From an uncultured virus (IMG/VR IMGVR_UViG_2645728113_000006) (lineage: Duplodnaviria > Heunggongvirae > Uroviricota > Caudoviricetes), in IMG/VR virus record IMGVR_UViG_2645728113_000006: 64,000 nt of DNA. One strand, given 5' to 3'. The notes below the pieces were generated by a model that was given only the letters and a program-made list of their open reading frames with translations, was not told where the DNA came from and did no database searches. Shown piece after piece: positions 1 to 9,934 of the stretch (position 1 is the stretch's first letter; each line of letters starts with the position of its first letter). The translations under genes were made by a program, and so were the position numbers.

Positions 1-804
1 ATGATTAAGGAATACAAACGCCTGGCCCTAAGAACCGGGGGCAATCATTACATCTACACTGACGGTCTCGCCGATTTTGTGGCCGTGCTGAAAGACACGA
101 TTTGCACCGGGAAAGTCCCTCAGGATGAAAGCATTGCAGACCGTAAAGATGAAGCCGATAAACTGGAAGGTGTTAAGCCTACTTGTAAACCCGGGGGCGG
201 TAATCTTTGCGAGCAACTTCCCGAGATTGTCAAAGCGGTCAATACACTCGCGGACGTACTAAAAAACCTGGTTGAAGCGTGTGCTCCGAGGAACACTGGC
301 GATAAACACCCTTGCCATTGCCATGACTCGGGGGGCACTGGAACGACGCCCACACCTAAACCTGAAGTTGTCCCCTTTTTGGACGTCACTACATTTGATC
401 AAAGTAACTGGAATAATTGGACTGCCGGTCCTGCCGGACACGATCTGAAAGTACTGGAGTCTGTCGACGGCGGAGCAGCAGTGGAATTTATCACTAATGC
501 AGGTAAAAACCATGCCGGGGTGATTTTGAAGAAAACGTTGACTGGGTTAACGCCTGGCCGGGAATATAGCTGGACTACTCAGGCCAAACGTATTATCGGC
601 AAGTACGCAGTCCCCCGACTCTCCCTGCAAGTCGACGGCAAAGAAATTGCTTCTCCGGTCGACCTTACTAAAACCGATGAATTGATCTCGATTAGCGGAA
701 AATTTACTGCCAGTAGTGATAAGGCTGAGTTGGAGGTGGTGAGCCACACTGCCGACAGTAAAGGCAATGACTTCCACATCAGTGAGCTAAAAATCGTCGG
801 ATAG
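1..804 (+). CDS. Host hypothetical protein, probably 5'-truncated by the window edge; C-terminal beta-sandwich (carbohydrate-binding-like) domain
   Basis: Open frame from base 1; Pro/Thr/Gly linker then a beta-rich domain; followed by a hairpin. Confidence 0.6.
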   Translation: MIKEYKRLALRTGGNHYIYTDGLADFVAVLKDTICTGKVPQDESIADRKDEADKLEGVKPTCKPGGGNLCEQLPEIVKAVNTLADVLKNLVEACAPRNTGDKHPCHCHDSGGTGTTPTPKPEVVPFLDVTTFDQSNWNNWTAGPAGHDLKVLESVDGGAAVEFITNAGKNHAGVILKKTLTGLTPGREYSWTTQAKRIIGKYAVPRLSLQVDGKEIASPVDLTKTDELISISGKFTASSDKAELEVVSHTADSKGNDFHISELKIVG

Positions 805-810
805 CAGGAT

Positions 811-846
811 AGAACCCGGTGACGGCTGGTGTCGTCACCGGGTTCT
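811..846. terminator. Hairpin between convergent genes
   Basis: AGAACCCGGTGACGGC-TGGT-GTCGTCACCGGGTTCT inverted repeat. Confidence 0.7.
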
Positions 847-858
847 CATGGGCGGTGC

Positions 859-2445
859 TTAGAACACTACGCCTTGGCTACGCAGGTAGTCGTCATAGGT
901 GCCGCTGAAGTCGATCACGCCGCTAGGGCTCAACTCGATGATGCGGGTGGCCAGGGACGATACGAACTCACGGTCATGGCTGACGAAGATCAGCGTGCCC
1001 GGGTAGTTTTCCAGCGCCAGGTTCAGCGCTTCGATGGATTCCATGTCCAAGTGGTTGGTCGGTTCGTCCATGATCAGCACGTTCGGCTTTTGCAGGATCA
1101 GCTTGCCGAACAGCATGCGGCCTTGCTCACCACCGGAGATCACCTTGACGGACTTGAGGATCTCGTCGTTGGAGAACAGCATGCGACCCAAAGTGCCGCG
1201 AATCACTTGCTCGCCCTGGGTCCACTGGCCCATCCAGTCGAACAGGCTCATGTCGTCTTCGAAGTCGGACGCGTGGTCCTGAGCGTAGTAGCCCAGCTCT
1301 GCGGCGTCGGTCCACTTGATGCTACCGGCATCCGGCGTCAGTTCGTTGACCAGGGTGCGCAGCAGGGTGGTTTTGCCGATACCGTTCGGGCCGATGATCG
1401 CCACACGCTCGCCAGCTTCAACCTGGAAGCTGAAGTCCTTGAACAGCGGCTTGCCGTCGAAGCCTTTTGCCATACGATCGACGATGACCGCCTGGCGGTG
1501 CAGCTTTTTGGTTTGTTCGAAACGGATGAACGGGCTCACACGGCTCGAAGGCTTGACCTCGGCCAGTTGGATCTTGTCGATCGCCTTGGCACGGGAAGTC
1601 GCCTGCTTGGCTTTCGAGGCGTTGGCCGAGAAGCGGCTGACGAAGGATTGCAGCTCGGAGATCTGCGCTTTCTTCTTGGCGTTGTCCGACAGCAATTGCT
1701 CGCGGGACTGGGTCGCCACGGTCATGTACTCGTCGTAGTTGCCCGGGAACAGGCGCAGCTCGCCGTAGTCCAGGTCAGCCATGTGGGTGCACACGCTGTT
1801 CAGGAAGTGACGGTCGTGAGAGATGATGATCATCAGGCTGGAACGCTGGGTCAGGATGTTTTCCAGCCAGCGGATGGTGTTGATGTCCAAGTGGTTGGTC
1901 GGTTCGTCGAGCAACAGCACTTCTGGATCGGAGAACAGCGCCTGGGCCAGCAATACACGCAGTTTCCAGCCTGGGGACACTTCGCTCATCGGGCCGAAGT
2001 GTTGTTCCAGGGGGATACCCAGGCCCAGCAACAGTTCACCGGCACGGGATTCGGCGGTGTAGCCGTCCATTTCGGCGAACTCGGTTTCCAGCTCGGCCAC
2101 GGCCATGCCGTCGTCTTCGCTCATTTCCGGCAGCGAGTAGATGCGGTCGCGCTCGGCCTTGACCTTCCACAGCTCCTCGTGACCCATGATCACGGTGTCG
2201 AGCACGGTGAATTCTTCGTAGGCGAACTGGTCCTGGCGCAGTTTACCCAGGCGTACGTTTGGCTCCAGCATGACCTGGCCGCCGGACGGATCGAGGTCGC
2301 CGCCGAGGATTTTCATGAAGGTCGACTTGCCGCAACCGTTGGCACCGATCAAACCATAACGGTTGCCTGCGCCGAACTTGACCGAGACGTTCTCGAAGAG
2401 CGGCTTGGCGCCGAACTGCATGGTGATGTTAGCTGTGGAGATCAA
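859..2445 (-). CDS. ybiT: ABC-F family ATPase (YbiT-like), host gene
   Basis: Two ABC domains ([40 protein letters not shown]), no TM segments; TTG start. Confidence 0.92.
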   Translation of the reverse strand: MISTANITMQFGAKPLFENVSVKFGAGNRYGLIGANGCGKSTFMKILGGDLDPSGGQVMLEPNVRLGKLRQDQFAYEEFTVLDTVIMGHEELWKVKAERDRIYSLPEMSEDDGMAVAELETEFAEMDGYTAESRAGELLLGLGIPLEQHFGPMSEVSPGWKLRVLLAQALFSDPEVLLLDEPTNHLDINTIRWLENILTQRSSLMIIISHDRHFLNSVCTHMADLDYGELRLFPGNYDEYMTVATQSREQLLSDNAKKKAQISELQSFVSRFSANASKAKQATSRAKAIDKIQLAEVKPSSRVSPFIRFEQTKKLHRQAVIVDRMAKGFDGKPLFKDFSFQVEAGERVAIIGPNGIGKTTLLRTLVNELTPDAGSIKWTDAAELGYYAQDHASDFEDDMSLFDWMGQWTQGEQVIRGTLGRMLFSNDEILKSVKVISGGEQGRMLFGKLILQKPNVLIMDEPTNHLDMESIEALNLALENYPGTLIFVSHDREFVSSLATRIIELSPSGVIDFSGTYDDYLRSQGVVF

Positions 2446-2465
2446 TTACTTTACCTATCAATAGC

Positions 2466-3659
2466 TTAGGGTGCGCTTATTTGAGCTGGGACCAATTTGG
2501 GACCAATCTGGAGCTTTTCCATTTCGCTCCAGTCCGAGCTTGAGTTGATCCAACGCGCATAAGTCGAGAGCAGCATCTGCACACTGTGGCCGAGCTGCTG
2601 GGAGATGAAGGCGGGGTTCATGCCAGACATAATGCATATTGTCGCATAGGTGTGACGACAGTTGTATGGCGGCCGACGACGGATATTCAGTGCCTTCAGT
2701 GTCGGAATCCACTGCTTGTGCAGGTCGGATGTCTGTTTCACGTACTGCGAGTTCTTCGACGGCGGGAAAATGAAAGGCGTCTCCAGCACCTTTCCTTTCC
2801 CTTTTTTCCGACGCTCTGCGTACTCCCTGGCGAATTCCAGCGCGTGCAGGGCGCGATCATTCAACAAAACGAAGCGGTCTGCGCCCGTTTTCGTACGCTC
2901 CACCACTTCCCCCAAGGCGATCCCGCGACAAACGTGTGCCGTCTTCTTCTCCACGTCTACCGCATCCCACCGCATAGCCAGGGCTTCGGACAGACGCATT
3001 CCTGTAAAAAACACAAACTCAAAAAAAGCCGCATAGATCGTGCTGGGCCAGTGGTCGTGCTGGTACATCTTGGCGATGATCTGGTTCGCTTCATCCAGGG
3101 TGAACGGGTCAATCTCCTTTTTGCTGCGCTTGGGCAGCTCCAAGATCGCCGCCGGGTTCTTCGGGATCAGCTCCTCGGACATTGCTGAATTTAAGATGGT
3201 CGAAATCTTCGAGATGGCATTGCGCTTCACCCCGGGTGACTTCCACTCACTGGCTGCCATTACCCGGCGGAGTAGGGTGGTGGTGATTAGATCGATCCGC
3301 ACCAGGGCCAAGCCGGGCATCCAGTAGCGGTTTAGTGCGCCTTTGTAGTTCCCCTTCGTACCCTTAACCACCTCCCGGCTGTCCAGCCAGAGCTGGGCAT
3401 ATTCGCCAAAGTTGATCTTCCCGCCAGCGACATTGTTTGAGCTGGGGAATATCTCGGCGTACTTGTCGTCGTCGAGCAACCCCAGCTTGATCAGCCCCTT
3501 TACCTGATCAACAACCTGTGAGGCTGATTTGATTCCTTTCTGTGTCGGGGGATAGGGGAGCGTTTCACTCCGCCTGCTGCCGTTCCACATGAAGCGGATG
3601 CGGATCGATCCGTGGTGGAGGTCCATTCCTGCGGGCAAACCCATCGGCTTTCTAGCCAT
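2466..3659 (-). CDS. int: Tyrosine integrase with N-terminal arm-binding domain
   Basis: TGMRLSE, YNCRHTYAT, QLGHS...Y catalytic motifs. Confidence 0.95.
   Translation of the reverse strand: MARKPMGLPAGMDLHHGSIRIRFMWNGSRRSETLPYPPTQKGIKSASQVVDQVKGLIKLGLLDDDKYAEIFPSSNNVAGGKINFGEYAQLWLDSREVVKGTKGNYKGALNRYWMPGLALVRIDLITTTLLRRVMAASEWKSPGVKRNAISKISTILNSAMSEELIPKNPAAILELPKRSKKEIDPFTLDEANQIIAKMYQHDHWPSTIYAAFFEFVFFTGMRLSEALAMRWDAVDVEKKTAHVCRGIALGEVVERTKTGADRFVLLNDRALHALEFAREYAERRKKGKGKVLETPFIFPPSKNSQYVKQTSDLHKQWIPTLKALNIRRRPPYNCRHTYATICIMSGMNPAFISQQLGHSVQMLLSTYARWINSSSDWSEMEKLQIGPKLVPAQISAP
2487..2507. repeat. Tandem TGGGACCAAT x2, candidate integrase arm-type sites
   Basis: Direct repeats at 2487-2496 and 2498-2507, about 40 bp from the host junction. 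Confidence 0.55.
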
Positions 3660-3844
3660 TCGTAGTATCTCCTGATGCTGTAGATGATCCTGCTGCCTTG
3701 CTTGTTCCAGACACCAAGGGGTATCTCTTTTCGTGCGCGCTTCGAGCGCATGGCGGCGAGGGTGGTGCCGAGCATTTCGGCCATTTGCGCCTCGGGAATC
3801 TTGTCGCCGGTGATTCCGTCGTTGAGTTGCTCTGCTGCTGCCAT
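3500..3844 (-). CDS. Putative excisionase (HTH), overlapping the int 5' end
   Basis: EAQMAEMLGTTLAAMRSKR HTH-like motif; directly upstream of int. Confidence 0.7.
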   Translation of the reverse strand: MAAAEQLNDGITGDKIPEAQMAEMLGTTLAAMRSKRARKEIPLGVWNKQGSRIIYSIRRYYEWLESRWVCPQEWTSTTDRSASASCGTAAGGVKRSPIPRHRKESNQPHRLLIR

Positions 3845-3846
3845 AG

Positions 3847-4068
3847 CTACCTCCCGCCGCCCGCCGTGGGTCGCGCCGTCTTAATGATGTAAATGATCAG
3901 GCCGTACGTGGCGAAGGCCAAAAATCCAGAGCCAGCCAGGGCCGGCAGCAGCGTTTTTGTGGTGCTGATGCGCATCAGCTCAGGGGCAAGCCACCATGTC
4001 CAGGCGACGGTTAGTCCTGTGTAGAGCGCGAACAGCGCGAAGATGAGCAGTGATTTAATTCGGGGCAT
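3847..4068 (-). CDS. Small two-TM membrane protein
   Basis: AAGGA RBS; two hydrophobic segments. Confidence 0.6.
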   Translation of the reverse strand: MPRIKSLLIFALFALYTGLTVAWTWWLAPELMRISTTKTLLPALAGSGFLAFATYGLIIYIIKTARPTAGGGR

Positions 4069-4260
4069 GAAGCGTCCTTGCCGCTATAGCGGCTGACTTT
4101 GAAGGGGGGATGGGAAGGGTAGAGAGTTACCTACAGCGCGTGTTCAAAGCGGCCTGAAAAGAAACCCAGTTGCTCGATGAACCTTCGCCTTTTGGGGCGT
4201 GTCATTAGTGAAATGGGCACAACCCGGAATCTCCGGCTAGACCTGTCGTAAGGTGATTTT

Positions 4261-4467
4261 ATGGCCGACTTAGACGATTTCAGATTTAGATCCCACGAGT
4301 TACTGGTTGAGCTTGATGCCGCCACTAACAAAATGATGATGATGGTTGTTTCCAAGCAGGTTTCTGGGCCCGATTGGGAGGAGGCGACCAAAAAGCATCA
4401 CGCCGCTTTCGAAGCTTGGAATTCTTTCCTTAATTCCTCGGATTTACCTCCAAACGATCAACGCTGA
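4261..4467 (+). CDS. Hypothetical accessory protein
   Basis: AAGGTG RBS; helical 68 aa ORF antisense to the early operon. Confidence 0.6.
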   Translation: MADLDDFRFRSHELLVELDAATNKMMMMVVSKQVSGPDWEEATKKHHAAFEAWNSFLNSSDLPPNDQR

Positions 4468-4785
4468 CTTCATTCCACGAGGAGCTATAGCGGTTGACTG
4501 GGACGGGGGAGTGGATTTATTTGAAAACGGTCCTAGACGAGCTCAAGAGCTGTGCTAGAAATGACATGTCGCGCATGCATTTCAGGTACTGGTGGTTGAC
4601 GTGCATGGCCGGCAGGCGCTCCCTAACGTCGTTGGAGCGCGCCCTTTTGATGTGGGCAGTGATCGGTAGGTCGTCGCATTTAGCAGCGAGTTAAACAACT
4701 CCCTTCCTCTGGGCTACTAACTCAATGCCTTGGCTTGCCGGTCATCTCTTCTGATTCACCCCACAGCTTCACTCGTTACCAAGTG

Positions 4786-5361
4786 TCATGCAGCTACCTG
4801 CTGCTCCTGGCCCAGCGCCTGCTGTACCGCGTGAATGATCCGCTCTAGGTAGGCGTAATCGGGGTTTGGCTCGGTAGCGTCATTGGTCAGGTGCCACCAC
4901 TCATCACCGAACAGTTTCGTCATCAGCTCGCTGTGTGCGCCGTGGAGATGTTCAATCGATGGTGAGTCGCGCAGATCCTCTGCCTCATCGAACCGCTCGC
5001 GGGCCTCGTCCGCGCCGTAACAAACCTGGCGGCGCTCTTTCAGGACCAGACGCTGCGCTTCACATGCAAGGGCCTCGCCACTGAATCGGCGCGGGTTCAT
5101 AGCCGGGTCGAAGTAGCCGATGATGTAGCCGGTGTTAAGCTCGCAAAAGAACTGCCCGATGTTCAGGCCGTCCCACATGCCACCCCAGTAGGCCGTCCAG
5201 CTCTTGCCCCAGCAGCTGACGGTGATCTTGCCCTTGCATGGGGCCAAGTCCTCAAGGAAGACGGTAATCGGGTCTAGGCTCGGCGCGCCGGTGATCACCA
5301 GCTTCGTTACTGTCGAGCGCTCCACCAGCAGGGGCGCGGCGACTTTGTTTTCTGTAGGCAT
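4786..5361 (-). CDS. Phage hypothetical protein (MPTENK start)
   Basis: AAGGA RBS before ATG 5361; phage-like codon usage. Confidence 0.75.
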   Translation of the reverse strand: MPTENKVAAPLLVERSTVTKLVITGAPSLDPITVFLEDLAPCKGKITVSCWGKSWTAYWGGMWDGLNIGQFFCELNTGYIIGYFDPAMNPRRFSGEALACEAQRLVLKERRQVCYGADEARERFDEAEDLRDSPSIEHLHGAHSELMTKLFGDEWWHLTNDATEPNPDYAYLERIIHAVQQALGQEQQVAA

Positions 5362-5523
5362 GGGGAGTCCTTGCCGGGCCTTGCCCGGGGGTTGAAGTGC
5401 TGTCAATGGGGGGGGCGTGAGAGAAAGTTGCGACTTGTAGGAAGGCTTGCGACAAGTTTCCGGTATACAGCGGGCTCAGAACCGAGAGGATCATAGGCAG
5501 CGTCCAAATTAAAAGGCGCTCAC

Positions 5524-5643
5524 ATGAACCGACTACTCGTAGACCTCATCCTTCAAATCATCGGAAATCTGTTACTTGATGTCCTTCAGCAGCTACTGGG
5601 CTGGCTTTTGTCGCTGCCTTGGCAATCGTTATGCGGTTGTTAG
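5524..5643 (+). CDS. 39 aa Leu-rich hydrophobic peptide (not in ORF track)
   Basis: AAAAGG then ATG; MNRLLVDLILQIIGNLLLDVLQQLLGWLLSLPWQSLCGC*. Confidence 0.45.
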   Translation: MNRLLVDLILQIIGNLLLDVLQQLLGWLLSLPWQSLCGC

Positions 5644-7685
5644 GCTGCTTCCGCCTGGCGCTCAGCCACTCGCCATGGGTCGTTGGCCCGTGCCAGCGCT
5701 GCCATCGGTGGCGGGCTGACGCTGTTCCCGCACATGTGCACTTGCTGAGTCTTGGTGAACGGCTTGCCGTCGGCGCCGTGGCTGATGATGTAGTCGGCGG
5801 GGAAGCCCTGGGCCTTGTATAGTTCGGTCGGCTTCAGCATCCGCAGACAGATATCGACGATTACATAGGGGGTTCCTTTCACCATCACGGTTACCATGGC
5901 GAGTCGGTCCTTGGTGGTGATGGTCGGCGCTGGTGCGTCGCAAGCGCTGATGTTCTCGGTGCCGTAGTAACTGATCAGGAAGGCGGCGACGCGAAGGGCA
6001 CCGGCTTCGTGCTCAGGCGAGAGAGTGAGCGACACCAGCGAACTCTTGCCGCCGCCACCGGCTGTGATGGTAGGCGCCGGTTCTTCCAGGCCCTGGCCGA
6101 CGCTGGCGCCGAATGCTCGCTCCATGAATGCGGTAGCCAACCCGTGGTGCTGGCCGCCGGCGCTGATGGTGTGCAGTGGGTCATTTACGTCCCGTGCATC
6201 GCAGTTCCCGCGCATATGCACCAGGTTAGCCGCCACCAGTTGCTGTTGGCTGCCGGTGTTGGTGACCGTAGTCATGGGGTCTTTGATATCCTTGGCGACG
6301 GTGGTGTTGAAGCCGCCATTCATCTGGGCCATGAACACCGTGGATATGCCCATGGCGTGAGCAGCCCCTGCCGGGCGCTGATAGTTTCCGCCGCTGGTAA
6401 TGGTCGGCAGTGGTTCGTCCAATGCTTTACCAGCGTCATTGAAGCGGAACTTCACCAGGTGAGCCGCTGCGATCGCTCGGTGGTTCTGGGTCATAAGCGT
6501 ACCGGTTGGCTGGTCGACGCTCACCGGCTTGCCTGAGTACTCAGGGCCACCGGCCCCAACCATCAACGGGCTGATCAGTGTCAGCTCACCGCGGTTCGCG
6601 CAGGTCACTGTCGGCAACGGGTCGAGCGGGTCGTTGATTCGGTCGCTGCCTTGGTGGGTTGCCGGTGCGATGACCGGACTGACCACCGAGAAGGCGCCCC
6701 CCTTTGGATAGGAGGTGATGGTGCGCAGTGGCTCGCCGGCCGACTGCACTGCCTCTCCCGACCAGTTGGCAATCGGCACAATGAACGGCGCCGCGCTATC
6801 GATGACGAACTTCTTCATGCCTTTGGCAACGCGGCGTAGGGTGGCCGGGGCCAGGTCCTTCTTGCGTCCGAAGATGCTTTTGCCCAAGTCGCTGAAGTCG
6901 ATGCAGTCAGCGGCTGTTTTCCATTTCTGCTGGCCCTTGGTGGGGTTCTTGGCGTGGGTTGGCTCCGGCCACACGATCGGCTGCCCATCGCGCCGGGCGA
7001 TCATGAACAGGCGTTCCCGGCTGGTTGGCGCGCCGAAGTCGCAGGCCCTAATTACTTTCCACTCAACGACATAGCCCATTCCTTCCAGCAGGGCCACGAA
7101 ACGGCGCCAGGTGCGGCCGCGTTGCTTCGGGTCGGGAATCAGGAACTGCTGGCCCACCGGCACAACCTCACCAGGTGCGGCGATATCACCGCAGAGTTTC
7201 ACAACGCGCCCGGTAGCTTTGTCACGCTTGGCGATCAGTCGGCCCCACTGCAGGATCTGCTTCACGTTTTCCAGGCTGATCACCCGGGGGCGCTTCTTGC
7301 CTCCCCACTTGAGGCCGATCCACGACAGGTTGCGGATCTCGCGCTTGCGCGGCTGGCCGCCGGCAGCCTGGCTGTGGTGCGTGCAGTCAGGCGACATGTG
7401 GAACCAGCCCACGGCCTTGCCGCCGCATTCGGTGTCCGGGTCACCATCGAACACGTCGGTGGTGAAGTGCTTGGCGCCTGGGTGATTCACGGTGTGCATG
7501 CTGATGGCTTGCGGGCTGTGGTTCTTCGCCACGTTCACGGTGCGGCCCAGGCCAATTTCCAGCCCGGTGCCGGCGCCGCCGCCACCACAGAAGAAGTCGA
7601 CAACGATCTCATCGTCCTGAGGGTTGAAGCCGAGTCCGTATTGGGTTTTGAAATCGAAGGGGTGTTTCTTCTGTTGTGCGGACAT
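5640..7685 (-). CDS. Orphan DNA cytosine-C5 methyltransferase
   Basis: DFFCGGGG, SPDC, ENV, RERLF and GNSV motifs. Confidence 0.93.
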   Translation of the reverse strand: MSAQQKKHPFDFKTQYGLGFNPQDDEIVVDFFCGGGGAGTGLEIGLGRTVNVAKNHSPQAISMHTVNHPGAKHFTTDVFDGDPDTECGGKAVGWFHMSPDCTHHSQAAGGQPRKREIRNLSWIGLKWGGKKRPRVISLENVKQILQWGRLIAKRDKATGRVVKLCGDIAAPGEVVPVGQQFLIPDPKQRGRTWRRFVALLEGMGYVVEWKVIRACDFGAPTSRERLFMIARRDGQPIVWPEPTHAKNPTKGQQKWKTAADCIDFSDLGKSIFGRKKDLAPATLRRVAKGMKKFVIDSAAPFIVPIANWSGEAVQSAGEPLRTITSYPKGGAFSVVSPVIAPATHQGSDRINDPLDPLPTVTCANRGELTLISPLMVGAGGPEYSGKPVSVDQPTGTLMTQNHRAIAAAHLVKFRFNDAGKALDEPLPTITSGGNYQRPAGAAHAMGISTVFMAQMNGGFNTTVAKDIKDPMTTVTNTGSQQQLVAANLVHMRGNCDARDVNDPLHTISAGGQHHGLATAFMERAFGASVGQGLEEPAPTITAGGGGKSSLVSLTLSPEHEAGALRVAAFLISYYGTENISACDAPAPTITTKDRLAMVTVMVKGTPYVIVDICLRMLKPTELYKAQGFPADYIISHGADGKPFTKTQQVHMCGNSVSPPPMAALARANDPWRVAERQAEAA

Positions 7686-7766
7686 AGGGGATCCTCGCCG
7701 GCTGGCGTGATTCGTTTAAAGGGGGTATTGGTGTATTCGGACATTCGGCCCGATGAGGGAACTGAT

Positions 7767-7970
7767 ATGGCCTGGGTAGTTATGCTTACTAGTCCCAAAG
7801 GCGATAGGTTTTATGGTGAGGCTATCGACCGCGACGGCATTCGATATCGCTGTGCGAGTACCGCGCAGGCGGAAGCCTTTAAGACAAAGTCTGACGCAGA
7901 GGAAAGCTTCTATTACTTTCGGTTCATGAGGGCTTTGGATGGCTATCAGCTTGAGGCTGTAGAGATCTGA
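7767..7970 (+). CDS. Hypothetical accessory protein, 67 aa
   Basis: GAGGGA RBS; MAWVVMLTSPKGDRFY... Confidence 0.65.
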   Translation: MAWVVMLTSPKGDRFYGEAIDRDGIRYRCASTAQAEAFKTKSDAEESFYYFRFMRALDGYQLEAVEI

Positions 7971-8075
7971 GGTGCCCATGGGGCATCTCCATGCAGGCAC
8001 AGGGATCTCCGGCTGGCATGATTTAGATTTTTGGGATATTGATTTGCACTCAGCAAAAACCTGACGGTGACTGCG

Positions 8076-8261
8076 ATGAGTGCGAAAACCGATGTGGAAG
8101 CGATACGCCTGATAGGCGATGAGGTTGTACGGCTGCTGAGCCTTCCCGAGGAAAGGCTTGAGGCTGAGGTGCGCCTGGGGCTCAAGCTGATCGCTGATCT
8201 GGCGCGGTGGCGCGACCTGGCTGGCCTATCAGCCGCCGAGCCTGCTGGCGTGATTCGTTGA
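8076..8261 (+). CDS. Hypothetical accessory protein
   Basis: Helical ORF whose stop lies inside the next boundary repeat. Confidence 0.55.
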   Translation: MSAKTDVEAIRLIGDEVVRLLSLPEERLEAEVRLGLKLIADLARWRDLAGLSAAEPAGVIR

Positions 8262-8319
8262 TATGGGGTATCTGTGTTCGCCTCGGCACTATGGTCGGGA
8301 CGGCTGAAGGGGGATTTCG

Positions 8320-8571
8320 TTGAAAAGGACTATCGATTTGCTCAAGGATCCAGAAGTGCGTGGTGCAACTTTGGAAGCATTCGAGGCGGCGATCGAGATT
8401 GTGACCTCGATCATTTCTTCGTCTAACAGATCGCAGCAACATGATTTAGTCGATGGTGCAGTTCCTTATGGCCCTCAAAAGAAAAATGGCGGCCATAATC
8501 ATAAGTACAACAAGGGCGAGGATAGAACTCCAGCCCAGAAAGCTGCGGACATCGGACGCAAAAAGCCATGA
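8320..8571 (+). CDS. Hypothetical accessory protein with basic C-terminus
   Basis: GAAGGGGG RBS, TTG start. Confidence 0.5.
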   Translation: MKRTIDLLKDPEVRGATLEAFEAAIEIVTSIISSSNRSQQHDLVDGAVPYGPQKKNGGHNHKYNKGEDRTPAQKAADIGRKKP

Positions 8572-8786
8572 TGCTTTTCCAGCCAACGTGATCATACCGA
8601 TGCGCTATAGACCATCGTGACGGCTGGCGGCTATCTGGTTTGGGTTGGGGTATTACGAGTTACCGGCACAAGGCCGGATCGGAGAGGCGGTTTTGTCAGT
8701 GGAGCTTCAATATTCGGCTCAGAAATATAACGATAAAAAGTATATGTTTGAGATTGAAGTCCGATTTTTTTTGCAGAGGCCAGAAA

Positions 8787-9845
8787 ATGAAGTTAACAAT
8801 TGTTTCAGGCGATAATCAATTAGTTCCACTAACCGTTTACTCAGATCCTATGAATCCAATGGCTTATTTTGCGCCTTTAACTGTGCAGGTTACGCAAGAC
8901 GATGGTGTGCCAGCAGCTGATATTAACGTAGGGTTTAAAACCTATCAGGGTGATATTACTCCGCAAATCAATGGTGGTGATAGCTTTTTTTTGGCAACAA
9001 AGACTAATGAGGGCGGATTTGCAGTTTTAAATCATATAAATGGTTACAGTGTCCGCGCAATGTATGGGGAGGGGTCGTTTGTTGTTAATGTATATATTGA
9101 TGATACACCGCCTGTAACGTTTAATCTTACTGTTGGATACCCGCAGCCGAAAGAAAATGTGAAGCTTGTCATTGTTTCCGGCGATCATCAAACAAAACCT
9201 CGAAGACAAACATTCGATGGTAAAAATGAGGCTAAATTAGATCCTATAATTATTCTTCTTAAGGATGCTAGTGGGAGTCCGATCGCTGGAGAAAAAGTGT
9301 ACTTTGAAACGCGATTTCCAAATCCCACAGGTGTAGAAACCGATCCGGGTAACGCAATAGTACTGACAGGGGCTGATGGGATAGCTGTACTCAATGTAGC
9401 GTGCAAATCAGCCGACGGTCCTTTTTACCTTGCTGTGAGTTATAATCATGCTCAGGTAACGATCTGCGGAACCATCGGGGATAAGGAAAAACCTACACCT
9501 GCCAATGGAAGTCGCATAAGAGACGCATCTAATGGTGCTGTATATCTTGTTGTCGATCATTATTTGCGGCACGTCCCGAATATGGACGTCTACAATAATC
9601 TTTTTAAAGACTTTGTGGGTGTGATCGAAATTCCAGCTGTTGGCGATTACATTGTCGGCGCTCCCTTGCAAGCTGATACAGCTCTTTACAAAAGAGAGGA
9701 TGGACTACTTTTTCTTAAGGTTGATAGTGCTCTGCGTTACATGAGGGACGAGGTGTTTGATCTCTATGGTTTTAATCGTAGTAAGCTTGTTGAGTTTTTA
9801 TCTTATTGGCCACCCGTTCCTAATGGGCAACAATTACTAATGTAA
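8787..9845 (+). CDS. AT-rich accessory protein with two Ig-like repeats
   Basis: KLTIVSGDNQ / KLVIVSGDHQ repeats; GAGG RBS; own hairpin downstream. Confidence 0.8.
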   Translation: MKLTIVSGDNQLVPLTVYSDPMNPMAYFAPLTVQVTQDDGVPAADINVGFKTYQGDITPQINGGDSFFLATKTNEGGFAVLNHINGYSVRAMYGEGSFVVNVYIDDTPPVTFNLTVGYPQPKENVKLVIVSGDHQTKPRRQTFDGKNEAKLDPIIILLKDASGSPIAGEKVYFETRFPNPTGVETDPGNAIVLTGADGIAVLNVACKSADGPFYLAVSYNHAQVTICGTIGDKEKPTPANGSRIRDASNGAVYLVVDHYLRHVPNMDVYNNLFKDFVGVIEIPAVGDYIVGAPLQADTALYKREDGLLFLKVDSALRYMRDEVFDLYGFNRSKLVEFLSYWPPVPNGQQLLM

Positions 9846-9853
9846 TCTTCTTT

Positions 9854-9883
9854 ATAAGTTAGGGTGGATACACCCTAACTTAT
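9854..9883. terminator. Perfect 13 bp inverted repeat between convergent genes
   Basis: ATAAGTTAGGGTG-GATA-CACCCTAACTTAT. Confidence 0.7.
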
Positions 9884-9934
9884 CTCCAGTCAGGCGCCGC
9901 CCTCCGTGATATCGGATGCAGCGAGTAGGGTGGG

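Noticed and set aside
829..2469. 546 aa plus-strand ORF
   Set aside because: Antisense shadow of the ABC-F gene
6954..7766. Long 5' extension of ORF 6954-7970
   Set aside because: Antisense to the methylase; the RBS supports a start at 7767
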